Shown: positions 1 through 14,023, counted from the first letter of the stretch. The stretch: 64,000 bases of DNA from Chrysomallon squamiferum (GCA_012295275.1 CM022674.1:1798001-1862000), one strand, 5' to 3'. The notes: generated by a model not told the origin, from the sequence alone. A program made the numbers and translations.

Positions 1-281
1 ATAATAATAATAATAACATTACAACTGCAATAAGAATAACAACGATAATAATAATATGCTGATGATGAAAACCATAATGATGACAATAAAAACATATGAA
101 CTGTAAAATAAATAAAACATTAGTAATAAAAACATTAATAAAATAATACCATATCGACAGTGACAATAATTTTTTTGTATAATATATATTAGAAGATTAA
201 ATTAGGCAAAAATGTTTATTAATTTTCCTGTCTGTCTGAAAGCTTCTGTTATGTTTATTTACATACGTATATATATACATT

Positions 282-322
<41 letters not shown>

Positions 323-647
323 TTATATATATATATATATTTACATACAGTGAATAATAATGTACCTTTACTGAAACTTTGCTTACTTCTTCAGTCAGTT
401 AATCATTGCCTGAATGTATTATCTCTCAGTGTTCGTGTTATCTTCATTTTACTGTTAGATTGGTTATCAATTCTATCCACAGCGATGTACAATGTTAGGA
501 TAAGCACAGATAAACGCGGACTTAATATAACTAGTGTTTGTGTGAACATCAAAACTGTCAGCTACAAGTACAGAGATAGGTGTTTAGTTTGGATGTTAGA
601 ATAACTGTACATGTCATTTAACATCCTACGTTTAGAGAGAGACAGAC

Positions 648-729
<82 letters not shown>

Positions 730-761
730 GATGGATAAAGAGAGAGAAAGAGAGAGAGATG

Positions 762-842
<81 letters not shown>

Positions 843-1311
843 AAAAAATTTAAAGAAACAAACATGGACACGCGGAGAGAATTAAAAGGAGAGGAATTGG
901 AAATAAACTCTTACATACATAATACATACACACACACCACACATACATATACATATATATATAATATACGTACGTACGTACAAACGTAATGACAATTGAT
1001 TAAAGCTCAATGACAGATAACTGGCCTGTGTCATGCACGAATGGTCAGTGGATCTAGACTCAAAATGAGCTGGGTTTTTTTTTTCATTGCGGTTAATGCA
1101 TCATTATTTTGTTTTCTCCTACTGTGGGAAGGTGTAGATGAAAAGATATCATGCTGCTAAAAAAGAAAGTGTCTAGACTAATGCTGGTTTCTTTTCTTGT
1201 TACGCATGCAAAATGTGCCAAATAACCGTAGACTAGAAATAAAATAATGAAGATAAAAATGCAGTTATGTTTAATGGTCAGGAAAAGGTCAGTTTTCGAT
1301 AGAGCTTAATA

Positions 1312-1358
<47 letters not shown>

Positions 1359-1392
1359 AATAACAATAACAATAATAATAATAATAATGATG

Positions 1393-1445
<53 letters not shown>

Positions 1446-1726
1446 GAACAGGAGATAACAGAGAAGACATGATCAGTTCTGTCAGGAAGTTTTTTGAAAG
1501 CAGACGTAAAGCAGAAAGGGTAATTTCCATACGCGACGTAGAAATTACCACTGCAAATGTCGTCTGCTGCAGTTTAAAAGTACATTTCTTTCTCGTACAA
1601 AATGGTCGTGCATGTCCGTGTGAATATAAAACAGATTCTTTTGTACGATCCGGAATAGGATTTGTAATATAAATTCAAGACAGGCAATATCTATTACGCT
1701 TAGCAAAATTAATAATAATAATAATA

Positions 1727-1785
<59 letters not shown>

Positions 1786-3080
1786 AATAATAATGATGAT
1801 AATAATAATAATAATTAAAAATTAAAATTAAAATATAAATAAATAAAAAAATTAAATTTTCATTATTTTATTATTATTATTATTATTATTATTATGTTGT
1901 TGTTGTTGTTGTTGTTGTTGTTTTTTGGGGGGGTGTTTGCGGTTTTTTTTTTTTTTTTTATTTCTTCATTTAATATCGAATTGTGTCTGATTGTATTTTA
2001 TTTTATATTCTTCATTTTTGAGTCAACTTGCAATATGCTATAAAATATTTATTTATTTATTTATTTCGGTGTTTTATTATTATTTTCTTTCATTCTTCCT
2101 CTTTATTGTATTTACTTCAGTCAAATATAAATTTAAAAAAATAAACAATTGCTGACAAATGCGTCATGTCCGATGTAATTACATATAAATAAAACACTTT
2201 CTATCATTCATGGAAATAAATAAATAAATTAAAAAAAAAAAGAAGTAAAAATCATAAAAATTTAAAATTAAAATATTGTTTGCAAGTTTTATTGTACGTC
2301 TAGACTAGCATATCAGTTTCTGCAGAACTAGACTTGGTCAACGTCTCAATAGTTATTAACAGACTTAATTAAAATCGCATTATTTACTACTAGACTTGAT
2401 CAAAAATCACAACAGTTATTACTAGACTTGATCAAAGTCGCAATCTAGTTTTGTTAATGAATACAGTTCGAGGGGACAGAGAACTCGACAAAAGGGTGAA
2501 TTGTGATGGGTGACGCATAAATCGGACTCCATCCGATGCCAAAACACCTATTATCAAGAGTATTCATTTTTACGGAAAAAAAAAAAAAAAAAAATGTGTA
2601 AACGATCCATTCCTGTTTATCTGTTTGCATCACTGGCAGGCAAAAATATTGTAACATAACAACTTTTAAGGTTTTAAAAAAAAGCACCGAGAAGTCTTTA
2701 AACATATTATTACTACCTTCACTGATGCTTCATTTAATGTTGTTAATATTTTAACGAGCAAAAATTCGTGCGTGCATGAAAGAATGAGCACTTTACAAAC
2801 TGACAGCTTTTTTTTTTTTTTTGAGTAACCTTATTTAGCGTTAATTACTGCTGTCGCTTTTTCTTCTGCTTTTTTTTTTTTTTTTTCTTCTTCTTCTTCT
2901 TCTTTTTTTTTTTTTTTCTAGTCGCGTCGCATCTGGAAATTATACTGATATATTGCTTGGTCGCACGCATAAATCAATAGAGCAAACGAGAACAATGTGT
3001 AACAGTTTAATAATTGATGACGTGTCAACACTCTATTGCTCGGATCAAACCTCTTGGCGCTCGTGCCAGCTGCATTACGC

Positions 3081-3094
3081 GTCGCTATGGCAAC
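3081..3094. promoter_or_regulatory. RFX X-box motif
   Basis: GTCGCTATGGCAAC fits the GTYNCY-AT-RGNAAC consensus. Confidence 0.45.
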
Positions 3095-3532
3095 GGTTAC
3101 ATATTTTTTAATTGTTACGTTTTAATTCCGGGTCGGATTCGATTGCGATGGCATCTGTGATGTAATAGAGCAATGGAAGAAAAGAAAAAAAAAAACTTTA
3201 ACGAAAATGATAAATAGCGTTACATAATTTACGTTTGTGTTTAAGTATTTGATGGGGGTGATATTGATTCTGCAAACGTGAAATATTTCTAAATTTTCAT
3301 ATTACAAAAATACTAATCATGCTATAATAATCCCTGAAGTCTTCCTGTAATTTAATAATTAAGAAATATAAAAATGATAGCTGCAGCCTGTAAATTGATT
3401 TATAATAGATAGATAACAATATCACAACGACTGAAAGTAAAAATATAATAATAATATTTGCATTAACTTCGCAACAAAAAACCATAAAAAAAAAGAACGC
3501 AGATAAATCTAGAGCCATATAACGATAACAAA

Positions 3533-3631
<99 letters not shown>

Positions 3632-3864
3632 TACAAGATATGACAAATGCCAACAGGAATATCCTGCCAACCAACGAAATAACATATGTATCATGTGCCT
3701 CAGGAAAATTATACTAATTTTTGATTTCGCGTACATATTCTCTACTAATAAGGTAATATAAGACTTTAAAATATTAATACATTATAAAACGTTACCACGG
3801 AAATGCAATTTGATAAACAGTTATTTATAAAATGAACTTTGAAATTAAAGACGACCGAATGAAA

Positions 3865-3895
<31 letters not shown>

Positions 3896-4180
3896 ATTAT
3901 TTCTCTTGGCGAATATGTAATAATACAAATATGTGTGCATGTATATGTATATTTGTATGTATGTCTAAATCTTATATCTATCTATCTATCTATCTATCTA
4001 TACATATATATATATATATGAATTTAATAATACAAAAAGAAGAACAACACAAGATAATAAAAATAAAAAAATAATAATAAATAAATAAAACGTAAAAAAA
4101 CCTCTTACTGAATTAAACCTTATACTGAAGAAAAGAAGAAAGAAGAAGAAAATCCAGGCAAACCATGTCACATATCTGTG

Positions 4181-4194
4181 GTCTCCATGGTAAC
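4181..4194. promoter_or_regulatory. RFX X-box motif
   Basis: GTCTCCATGGTAAC fits the X-box consensus. Confidence 0.45.
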
Positions 4195-4506
4195 TTACCG
4201 TGCACGTGCAGCTATTTTGTAAATAAATCACTGACGATTACGTCCCACTGTAATTCCGATATGAAAAAAAATAACAACATCGCTTTTTATTGTCAGCATG
4301 ACTGATCTTTTTCGTCTTTCTACAAAATAAAGTGGTTTTTTTTTTTTTTTTTTCAAGGACTGGAAGTCAGAATTGGCATCGTCTGCTTACTTATGTCACT
4401 TTGTTTGGTGTCAGTCTATTTCCGCGTAACATGTTAGCGATTCAGCGAAATAATTTGACCAAATTCGTCAAGACGATGCTCTTATTGGCAGACGACAATT
4501 TTGATG

Positions 4507-4560
<54 letters not shown>

Positions 4561-6227
4561 TAAATAAAAATAAAATAACACTCAGTACGATTTTGTTCAA
4601 CTGCTTACAGAATCATGATATCAAATGTTGTTTTCAGTCAATCATTATTACTATTTTCAGTATTATTAGTAGTAGTAATAGTATTTCTAGTTGCAGTTGT
4701 GCTAGTAGTTATTTTAATACAGTAGTGGTAGTTATAATAATAATAATAATAATGGCACTGGTAGTAGCAATAATGGTCGTAGCAGTAGTAGCGGTAGTAG
4801 TAGCAGTAATTGTAGTAGTAGTTGTAAAAGTAGAAGAAACGCTAGTAAGAGAAACACAAACAGAATAATCCAGTACCGTTGTAAGTGCGTGTATAAAACA
4901 GTTTCTGAAACACTGTTGACGTAGAGACGACGTCGTCACAAACACATACCCATAATTAAAAAAAACAAAAACCCAACAACATCGTACACGTCGTTAAACG
5001 TAGTGGCACGAAACACATCCGTCAGATTAAGAAAAGCGGAGAAGTCCACAGCTGCTACTACTACAACAACAACAACGACGACGACGACAACAACAGCTTA
5101 GCTGACTGGACGACGCTAAGGTCGCTCGTTAACACGACGTCGCACACGTCGTGCCGTCACGTCAAGCTGTGGCTTACAGAGTGTAACAAGTTAATAGCAT
5201 TAATTCATCAACGTGCGGCGAGGGACACGCGGTGGTTGTCGTCGTAACGTTGCAGATACACCGATCACGAGCGTTAAAACGTTCACATTAACGTCGCAGC
5301 CGATGAAGTGGTGAAGTGGAGGAGACAGGGATTTTAGTTTTCGCGGAGATCACTCACTAAAAACCGCATTCCCCGTCAGAACAGATGCGTCAGAACAGAC
5401 CTAATGAAGTGGAATCACGTGCGCGAAAAACGGGTTGATCGTTACGAGATTACATCCCGTTTTATTAATATGTACCGAACAACGAAAATGGGTGAGGCGC
5501 GAAAACACGTTCCGTTAGGAACTCGTGACTCCCGTTTTAATAACAACGACGAATAACGAACGATATTGAGTGATGTGCGAGAAACACGTTTGACGAAAAT
5601 TCCAAGCGCTTTGGTGAACATATCCAATAAATGAAAGAAAACAAAGCAGTAACGATATTCTGTCTGTTAAAATGCCCGTTCTGGAAAAAAAATCGAAATT
5701 TTAGTTAGGTTCGTAATCACGTTGGCAACGAAATTCTATTCGTCATAATAATGTTTTTAAAAAAAAAAAAAAAAAAAGAAGAAGAAGAAGAAGAAGAAGA
5801 AGAAGAAGAAGAAGAAATAATAATAATAATAATAATAATCAAAAATTAAAAACGATATTGAGTTATGTGCGAAAACACATCTCTTACGTAACTGTATCCA
5901 TTTTTGAACAACCAAGTCACATACGAAATTCAGAAATGTGCGAAAACACGTTTACCAGGAAACAAACAAACAAAAAAAACAAAAAAAGTATTCAGAGTCG
6001 GACAGATTTCCAGAAATACCTATTCTTCTGTGCAGACAAACAATTACGTAACAGTCTGCTAATTAACATAATAAGTAGTTACGTAACATCATTATTTAAT
6101 ACACTGTATCGCTGAGAGAGAAAAAAAAATTAAATAACGTCGATAAAGTTACGTCACGATAATAGATCTCCGACTGTTACACTCCGGATTATAATTGGGA
6201 TAGTTCAACGTGACCGTTGATCTCGAT

Positions 6228-6267
<40 letters not shown>

Positions 6268-6486
6268 TAATAATATCTTATTTTCTGTTCGGTCACGTTG
6301 AACTATCCCAATTATATTCCGGAGTATAGATATATATTTCTGTATATATTGATGTGTGTTTGTGTGTGTGTGTGTGTTTTTATGTCTGTGTTTATTAGAA
6401 TGAATACACACTGACGCATGCACACATACAGGCCTAAACACTTATAAAGAGATATGGATCGACAGAAAATCGTGTCTATTTGTTCA

Positions 6487-6539
<53 letters not shown>

Positions 6540-6959
6540 GCTCTCTGAATATGGATAAACGTTAACACGCAATTCATATTACAAAAATAAGGCTTGAAAT
6601 AATTTTAGCAAACTAATATTCCAGCTTACCAATTAACGCTGCCATGTTACAGATTCAGCAGCTCAGAAAATATTACAATTTGCTTCGACAGCTGTTCTCA
6701 CTTACGCATTGACGCTGTTGCCAGCTGATGTATATCGCGAATATTTCACATCCGTTATGCAAATAAAAATGAGCATCTTGGGACCTAGCTGAAAGCACTG
6801 CACGGAATCCATACAAAGGGAATGTCCATAAATTATGTATGCTCGAAAATCTAGATACTCTACAGACTAAATCTACTAGGATTCTACATATATATATATA
6901 TAAAATATACATAGATACACACAGAAAAATATATATGTATGTGTGTGTGTATTAACAGT

Positions 6960-7145
6960 GATAGTAGTGGTACCATTACTAGTAACAAAAGCAACACTAC
7001 TAGTAACATAGTACTAGTATCATTAGTAGTAACAGTAACATTATATATGTGCATACAGGTATTAATTCTACTATTACCACTAATGTTACTACTGCTATAT
7101 TACTAGTAGTATTGCTTTTGCTACTACTAATGGTACTATTACTAC

Positions 7146-7146
<1 letters not shown>
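6960..7146. repeat. Imperfect inverted repeat (~78-bp arms, ~30-bp loop)
   Basis: gatagtagtggtaccattactagtaacaaaagcaacactactagtaac... pairs with ...tattactagtagtattgcttttgctactactaatggtactattactacc, with about 12 mismatches. Confidence 0.85.
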
Positions 7147-7204
<58 letters not shown>

Positions 7205-7228
7205 CTGTGTCTATATATATAATAATAT

Positions 7229-7266
<38 letters not shown>

Positions 7267-7408
7267 CTGTATGTATCTATATTATCAGAAAAAACCACAA
7301 CAAATATATCATTAAAGGCAAACAAAAAAAAAGACATGAAAAACAAAACTGTGAGACAAAGACAGAAAGAAACAGAAATCGTTATAAAGAAGATGTAATA
7401 TAAGAAAC

Positions 7409-7472
7409 CTGCCGAGTAGAGACAACTTTGAACTTTGACAGCAAAGAAACAACATCGAGAGAGACAAGACAT
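7409..7472 (-). CDS. Possible first coding exon (MSCLSRCCFFAVKVQSCLYSAG) of a minus-strand gene running off the left edge
   Basis: tttcag acceptor at 7485-7486, ATG at 7472, GCA G|gtttct donor. Other minus-strand gtaag-type donors lie at ~8842, ~6628 and ~4197. No downstream coding exon could be linked. Confidence 0.25.
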
Positions 7473-8214
7473 TACCAGCTTCAGCTGAAAGCGTTCATCT
7501 TCGTACCTTTCACTGAGTTGTACATTCCATTAAATGTTTCATACGTATTCATGTGTGCAACAGGTGTGTGCTGTGTAGAGAGATAATTACTAACTCATAA
7601 ATGTCGCTGTATTAATAATAATATGGAAGAATAAAAAGTAAAAACGAAATGATTTTGAATACTGGCCTAACAGTGCAGTAATGTATTTCAGTAAGACCAT
7701 TTATGTGTGTGTATATAAATATGTATGTATATATATATACATATATGTATGTATATTTGTATGGTATATAAGTGTATAATATATTCATTAAACGTCTTCT
7801 TTATCATATTGCCTAAACGTACACGCACAAGCACATACACACGTACATCTGTAGCATAGGTAGATATGAAGACATACTCATGTATATAATACATACACAC
7901 CTATACAGAAATCAAACCAGAAAAGACAAAAATCATGATAAAAAAAACTTGGTCATTATGTCATTATCAAAAATTAACACACACGCACACACACAGATAT
8001 ACTCTTACATACACATACACACACACACACTCTCCCATAGTAATCAAATGAAGATAACGATGATGATAATCTGAATTGAACTAAATATGACGTAATCTAT
8101 TTTTCTTTTTTCGTCGTCAAGGCAACTGCATGATGTGATGAAATAAACGAAAATAAGTTAACATCATCTCGGCACGATTCACTGTCAGCGGTCACTGAAT
8201 GATTTTTATATTTC

Positions 8215-8295
8215 GATTAGAAAGGAAACCCGCAGATGCCACACTTCGGGGTATTCCTACCGATCAGCGGAAAAAGGGTGTATTATATGAAGCCA
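8215..8295 (+). mobile_element. Degenerate molluscan SINE fragment (Nin-domain-like)
   Basis: gaaaggaaacccgc...gccacac...ccgatcagc...aagggtgtattatatg resembles the central domain of Nin-type SINEs as I recall it; not checked by alignment. Confidence 0.35.
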
Positions 8296-9040
8296 CAAAT
8301 AAACTGTAAGAAAAATGTAAATCAGTCATGATGCAGTGAAACTTTTGTACGCCACTCAGTCTGTCTACGTTTAGAAGCAAGAGTTGTTTTATTTGAACCT
8401 AATCGTAAATACGAAAGAATATATATATTTGATAACGTCATGGGACATTAACAGAATAAGAAGTAAAACCTTTAAAAGCTGGTTTGCTGTCTGGAGTATG
8501 GTGTGTGTCGTAAAAACTGCACGTAAAGAACATTTCACAATATTTTGTAAAAAAACACAAAAACCCAGTGAGATCTAGTTGGAACAGGAAAGAGTTTAAC
8601 GGAATGTTCTGAGAATGGAACGATCCTGAAACAAAAAAAAAAATGCTGTTCTAAGCGGACACTCTGACTCTAAGTGAGCTAGGTCCAGTTTGCACGTGCA
8701 GTGTCTGGGTGCGTATGTTACTGTATTTTAAACACGATGTGGATATAGCTGTGTCATCAGCCTATGTGTGGCAATGAGTCAGAACTGAACGCTGTATCAA
8801 CCTAAACAGCTGACAGATCAAACAACAAAAGAATTTCGCTTACCTCTGCTTTTATTCTTCTCCGTGATCATATTTTCGTCAGCAAAAATTAACCATCACA
8901 AAATGCCAACTAGTGAAAAAAAAAACTAAATTCTCCACATTACAAAACAAGCAACAGCAGAATCAACCGTTTTCCAATAAAACATTAAACCAGTAATTCC
9001 GCCGCCATACGCACGAATGTTTTACGATTCCAAACACACA

Positions 9041-9074
<34 letters not shown>

Positions 9075-9622
9075 ATAATAATAATAAAAGAGAATATTGA
9101 CGTATTTTTACTGCCAGCTTATGTCGTGATGCTAAACCAGCCAGCCATTGGTCGATGAGCGACAAGGAAACAGCAGACGTCGCAACAAGCCTGTTCTTTG
9201 TTTTTAGAACGTCCGCGACAACAGGTGTGTGGAGAGTAGCACTGCCAGCTCGACTGGCACCGCGGTCAGTCGTCTGCGCAACGATATTGAAATGTCAGTG
9301 GATGATGATCGCCCACCTGAAAGAAACAGTGGAACGTCTTGATCGTTTAACTGTCACTGGGTCGTGCACTCCTCATTAAAAAAAGAAAAAGAAAGATTAA
9401 CAGCAAAATTGAAATAATAATAAAAAACTAAAAAAAAATATTTAAAAACAATGCTTCATTAATAACGTTGGATGTTTTAACGAAGCTGGCATTGATGAAG
9501 ACACTTTTTTTTTCTTTTTTTCTTTACACGGCGTAAAAAAATCTCAAAGTGCTACATCGCATCAGTAGTAGCAGGATCAATATTCGACGACTCTTCTATT
9601 CGATATTTTCCTTTTCCAGCCA

Positions 9623-9724
9623 AAGCTCAAAAATCGTTATATATATATATATATAACAAAAAAATATATATATATATTTTTTGTTTTTGTTTGTTTGTTA
9701 TATATATATATAACGATTCTTGAG

Positions 9725-9761
<37 letters not shown>

Positions 9762-9774
9762 CGATTCTTGAGCT

Positions 9775-9790
<16 letters not shown>
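9623..9790. repeat. AT-rich palindrome with duplicated right arm
   Basis: aagctcaaaaatcgttatata ... tatataacgattcttgagctt (right arm present twice) around a self-complementary (TA)n core. Confidence 0.75.
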
Positions 9791-9809
<19 letters not shown>

Positions 9810-9981
9810 CCTAACGTAAACAAAAACAAATTACATTTATGAAAACGAATACTCTTGACAGTAAACAAAACTAAATCATGTTGTTGTCGTTATTGTTGTT
9901 TTTCTTCTGGTAATAATACTGTTCAATAATAAATTAATTAATACTGCATTATAAATAATCGAGTATTAAAAATATTTTTCT

Positions 9982-10019
<38 letters not shown>

Positions 10020-10099
10020 TAGTAATATATATACTCCTATGTATTCAGTTTTCCATTTCAGTTATGGCAGCAAATCTCTACAAGTAAAGATCAATTTAA

Positions 10100-10250
10100 T
10101 TACGACACCCGCCATTTTTGTAACACCATTATTGGGCAGATTTATACGTAAAGGTCACTAGTACGTGCACTATACCTCTCGGTGACGTCATTTGTGGTAA
10201 CTATGCGTTCGTGTCAAATGTCGTCTGACGTGTTACGTCGACAGAGAATT
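10100..10250. promoter_or_regulatory. Promoter/enhancer-like motif cluster
   Basis: YY1-like CCGCCATTTT (~10109), AAAGGTCA nuclear-receptor half site (~10150), full CRE TGACGTCA (~10183) and further ACGT cores in a locally CpG-rich island. Confidence 0.3.
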
Positions 10251-10434
10251 AAAGAGAATGTTTCTTCTTCTTCTTCTTCTTAATAAATTTGTGATTACGT
10301 GTCTCGAATCATTTTCTTCTTTCGTATTGCCTAAAGCGCTGATATTAACTGATCTATACACCGTTTAAAAACAAACTCACAACAGCTGTGATTTTAATAC
10401 TTCACGAAGCAAATTTACGTAGACAAGAGGATTT

Positions 10435-10548
<114 letters not shown>

Positions 10549-11240
10549 ACACACATTCCTCTTTTTTTCACCCTGTTTGTCTTTTACCTCCTGTTTAGTG
10601 ACGAATTATACCTAACACCGATGTACATGATGTTTAAATTTCATTATTCCCGGAGCACGATCTAGTAAATTAGGAGACAGCTGCTGTTGTTGCTGCTGCT
10701 GTGTTATTACCGTACAGCTTTGAGTCGAATTTCATTAGCAGCTAAACTGAACACACGAAGTATTCTCACATCATGGAAGCAGATGTTGTTTACCGACGAA
10801 CCCAAAACAGAGGAGTCACGAAAATAAATGGACCACGAAAACACATTACGTTCAATTACATTAATTCTTACGTCATGCTTCTAAAAGCTGAATTTCGAGA
10901 CTTTTTAATCGGATATTTTCTTTCATAAAAAAACAACAACAACATAATAATAATAATAATAAATAAATAAATAAATAAACCCATATGATATATTAATTAC
11001 TATTGTTCTAGAAATAATTAAATAATTTCATTCGTTTGTATTATATACGCGGCCTAAATTATCTGATTCACTTGAATAAGGTTATTTTCGTTTCATTTTT
11101 TTTCAATGTTATATTTTTGTTGTTGCTCTTTTGTCTTTTCTTATCATCATAATCAGCATCACCGTCATGATCATCAACAACATCACTATTATTATTATTA
11201 TTATTAAAATAAAAAGGTTATAGAATATAAGAAGACAGGT

Positions 11241-11577
11241 ACTACCAACAGATTTATTTTGTAAATATTAAATTATTTTAATACTTTTAGTTACAGAATT
11301 CAAGTCATTCTCATTTCATATTCTCAATAATATTAAATAGTTATAGAAACACATTTCAAAAAATTAACTTACAGAATTGATGTTATGAATATTGTTTAGC
11401 ATCGTGTTATAATTATTTCCAGTTTCACACGTAAAGAGATAGAAATATATTTAATTATGTTCCTACAGTCACTGGTTCGAACACGAAAGTAACCAAAGAA
11501 GAAAAAAATTCTGCTGATCTTCCAATCTCATGTTTTTTTCGTTATCATTGCTATGAATGATTATTTATCTAATTTAA

Positions 11578-11628
<51 letters not shown>

Positions 11629-12478
11629 CAATTACTGAAATACTAATGAAATCATACTTTCTTATTTTCTTGTAAGCTGTTTATTGTTTCCAAAGCTGAC
11701 AAAAATCTACTTTGAGTTTCCATGAAAACTGTTTTGTTTCCATGGAGACAAACTACTATTATATACTTCATTAAGAAGAGCAAATATAATATGTAGAAAC
11801 TCGGTCATTTTTTTTTCTTCTTTTCTTTTCTTTTGCAGGTGGAGTTTCGTTTTGTTGAAACCTAATCACCAACGGTTACTGACTGAATTTCAATCAACAC
11901 AATTAAAACTTCATATTAAAGGATTTTTTAAAATGTATTTTTACTTACATTTTCTGTTCATTTACATTTTTTAAATTCTTGACAATAATGTCTTCATCAT
12001 TGTGTTCATAATAATTTTCGAAATACGGTTTTTTTTCACTGACTTGTTTAATTTATGCAGACATTTTACCGTTAAAACAATTTTTCAACTGATAATTCTA
12101 ACAAAATTCTTACTATAATGGCTATACAATTTTCAAAAGTTCAGTGTTCGCTATTATTCCAACACATTTTTTTTTAAAATTATTATCCAAGATTAACCAA
12201 CAAATAGTGAAGCAGAGTTCTTTTTCAAGGCTTTTTTCTTGCGTTCAAAACGGTGTTTCCGTCCATGCAAATGACGATGTCGTCGTCGATGTGTGTCTCT
12301 TCTGTTGACGATGAGGTCGAGGATCTGACTGATTTGTCTCAGAGCATGGAGGACAGACAACTTCTTTCCGCGTCTGTTTCTGACGGCTCTGTCAGTTTTC
12401 TTCAACGTAGCATTTCTTCTTAACCTTCGACTCCTTAGTTTCACTTCAGAGCTGTCACCTGATTTTATAATCATTTCT
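11241..12478. repeat. Segmental duplication copy A (3' UTR plus end of CDS of the peptide gene)
   Basis: Near-identical to ~14199-15465, starting at tactaccaacagatttattttg and including the same (ATT)n tract. Confidence 0.9.
12193..12474 (-). pseudogene. 5'-truncated tandem paralogue (or alternative terminal exon) of the peptide precursor
   Basis: 93-codon open frame that aligns without gaps to the last 93 aa of 15179-15460, with 16 aa differences. Homology stops at ~12478. A weak aaacag|AA ATG acceptor lies in the same phase (1) as the 15684 acceptor. Confidence 0.6.
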
Positions 12479-13078
12479 GTTTCTTTAGTTGGTTACGCGG
12501 ATTTAGTATTTATTATTATTATTATTAGTAGTAGTAGTAGTAGTAGTAGTAATTATTATGCAAATTTCCCAAAACAGAAATATTCCCCAAAGGAAACGAC
12601 AACAAAAACAACAAAATCAAACAAGGACCGCTATGAAATAAGTTTCATTTTTTTATTAACAAAATTATCCAAACAGTAAAAACAAAATTTGATCGTTCCA
12701 ATAGAATGGGAGATAAATGTTAAAATACGAAATAAAACATCAAAATGTAACAAGAAAAGCAGCAGATGAAAACAGATTGAGTACAATTTTGTTGAATCTT
12801 ATGATTATTTAGTTTTCTTACGTCAGAAACTATAAAAGAAAAGTCAAAGCCTTCATACAGAGCGTCGACATTAGCATGTCCAGATGTCGACAATCCCAAC
12901 CTGAACCTGTTAAATCATAAATAGTTCCCGGTGTCCCAAACAACACGGTTCCATTAATACTACTACTATATGTATCTTTAGTTGACGACACATATCTAGT
13001 TTTATTTTATACGCAATAATACTGACGTATGTATCTTTAGTTGACAGCAAAGAAGTAGTTCTAAACACTTAATAATAC

Positions 13079-14023
13079 GGTTTCAGGACATCTGCCCCTT
13101 GTTTTCTTCCAATATACCAATCAGAATTATTTGCAAGCAAATAAAAATTAGTCAAAGTGTTACGTTAAACTTCATTAAAGCCATTAGGATTATTTTGCTC
13201 TGCTAAAAGATCTCATAAAAATCACCTAACCTCAACGCTAACTAGAGTCAGCTAATTACTAAATAAGCTTCATTAAAAGGGTATTTGGATTACTTTTATC
13301 CGCAAAAACATCTAATTCAGGCTGATTAAATGCCAGAGAATCTTTTTTTTTTTTTTTTTTTTTTATTTTGCAAGTGATCTATAACTGAGATGAATGAAAC
13401 TGAATATTATGCCTTATAACAAAAATATCCTATTCTATAAGACGGAGTTCACTGTGTCATCCAAAACGTGCCTTCGAAAACTCTGTGTATGTCCCAACAG
13501 AAGGAACTCAGAGGCGGATAGATTTCTTACGAGTGTGAAGGAAGGAGACAACACGTCTGTACAGCTAAACTGTTCTGTGACTTGATGCTTCCTTCACCTC
13601 AGCCAACTTCAACTAAACGGCCTGGCAGTTCGTTACGAAACTAAAGAAGCGTTTACGTTACCCATCTCTCGGATAGCTGCAATTGCATTCGTTCGAGAGC
13701 TTGCACGGAATAACACAAATGTGTTAAAACTGAAAAGTGACAATGAACTCTTGTAAGAAGTGCCTTAGTATATATACATGGCTATAGTTCAGTTTGTACT
13801 TGTGAATGAACTGTTGTCATACAAAGCTTTACTAGACGACTATGGACAGTGTAACTCTCAACTTCATTTTATATGTGGTCTAAACAACGTTGATGTATTA
13901 AAAAAAAACGTGTTGTCATACATGTAAATAGGTCGTTATTCTTGAAAATCATTACTGGAAGAGAAAATGTAGTGACAGTTGTTCTTGGGCGCTGTTGCCC
14001 GGGGAGAAATTGTCCTCGAATAC
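13079..14023 (+). mobile_element. Decayed, internally deleted Mutator-like (MULE) element, paralogous to 17528-18888
   Basis: Starts ggtttcaggaca, as does the larger copy. It shares blocks such as ttcttccaatatacca, gcaagtgatctataactgagatgaat, gatttcttacgagtgt and atagctgcaattgca. It ends in gttgcccggggagaaattgtcctcgaatac, matching the right TIR. Confidence 0.65.

Noticed and set aside
366-560. Minus-strand segment ending in AAAG|gtacat
   Set aside because: The ATG-initiated frame stops before the donor. At most it is a UTR exon, with no further support.
212-1551. ORFs rich in ER, SL, TH or Y repeats (also at 3297-3736, 10377-10615, 25044-25277, 26768-27193, 29295-29799, 31450-31783, 63080-63356)
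   Set aside because: They are translations of GA, CA, TA, AAT and TATG microsatellites that lack stop codons.
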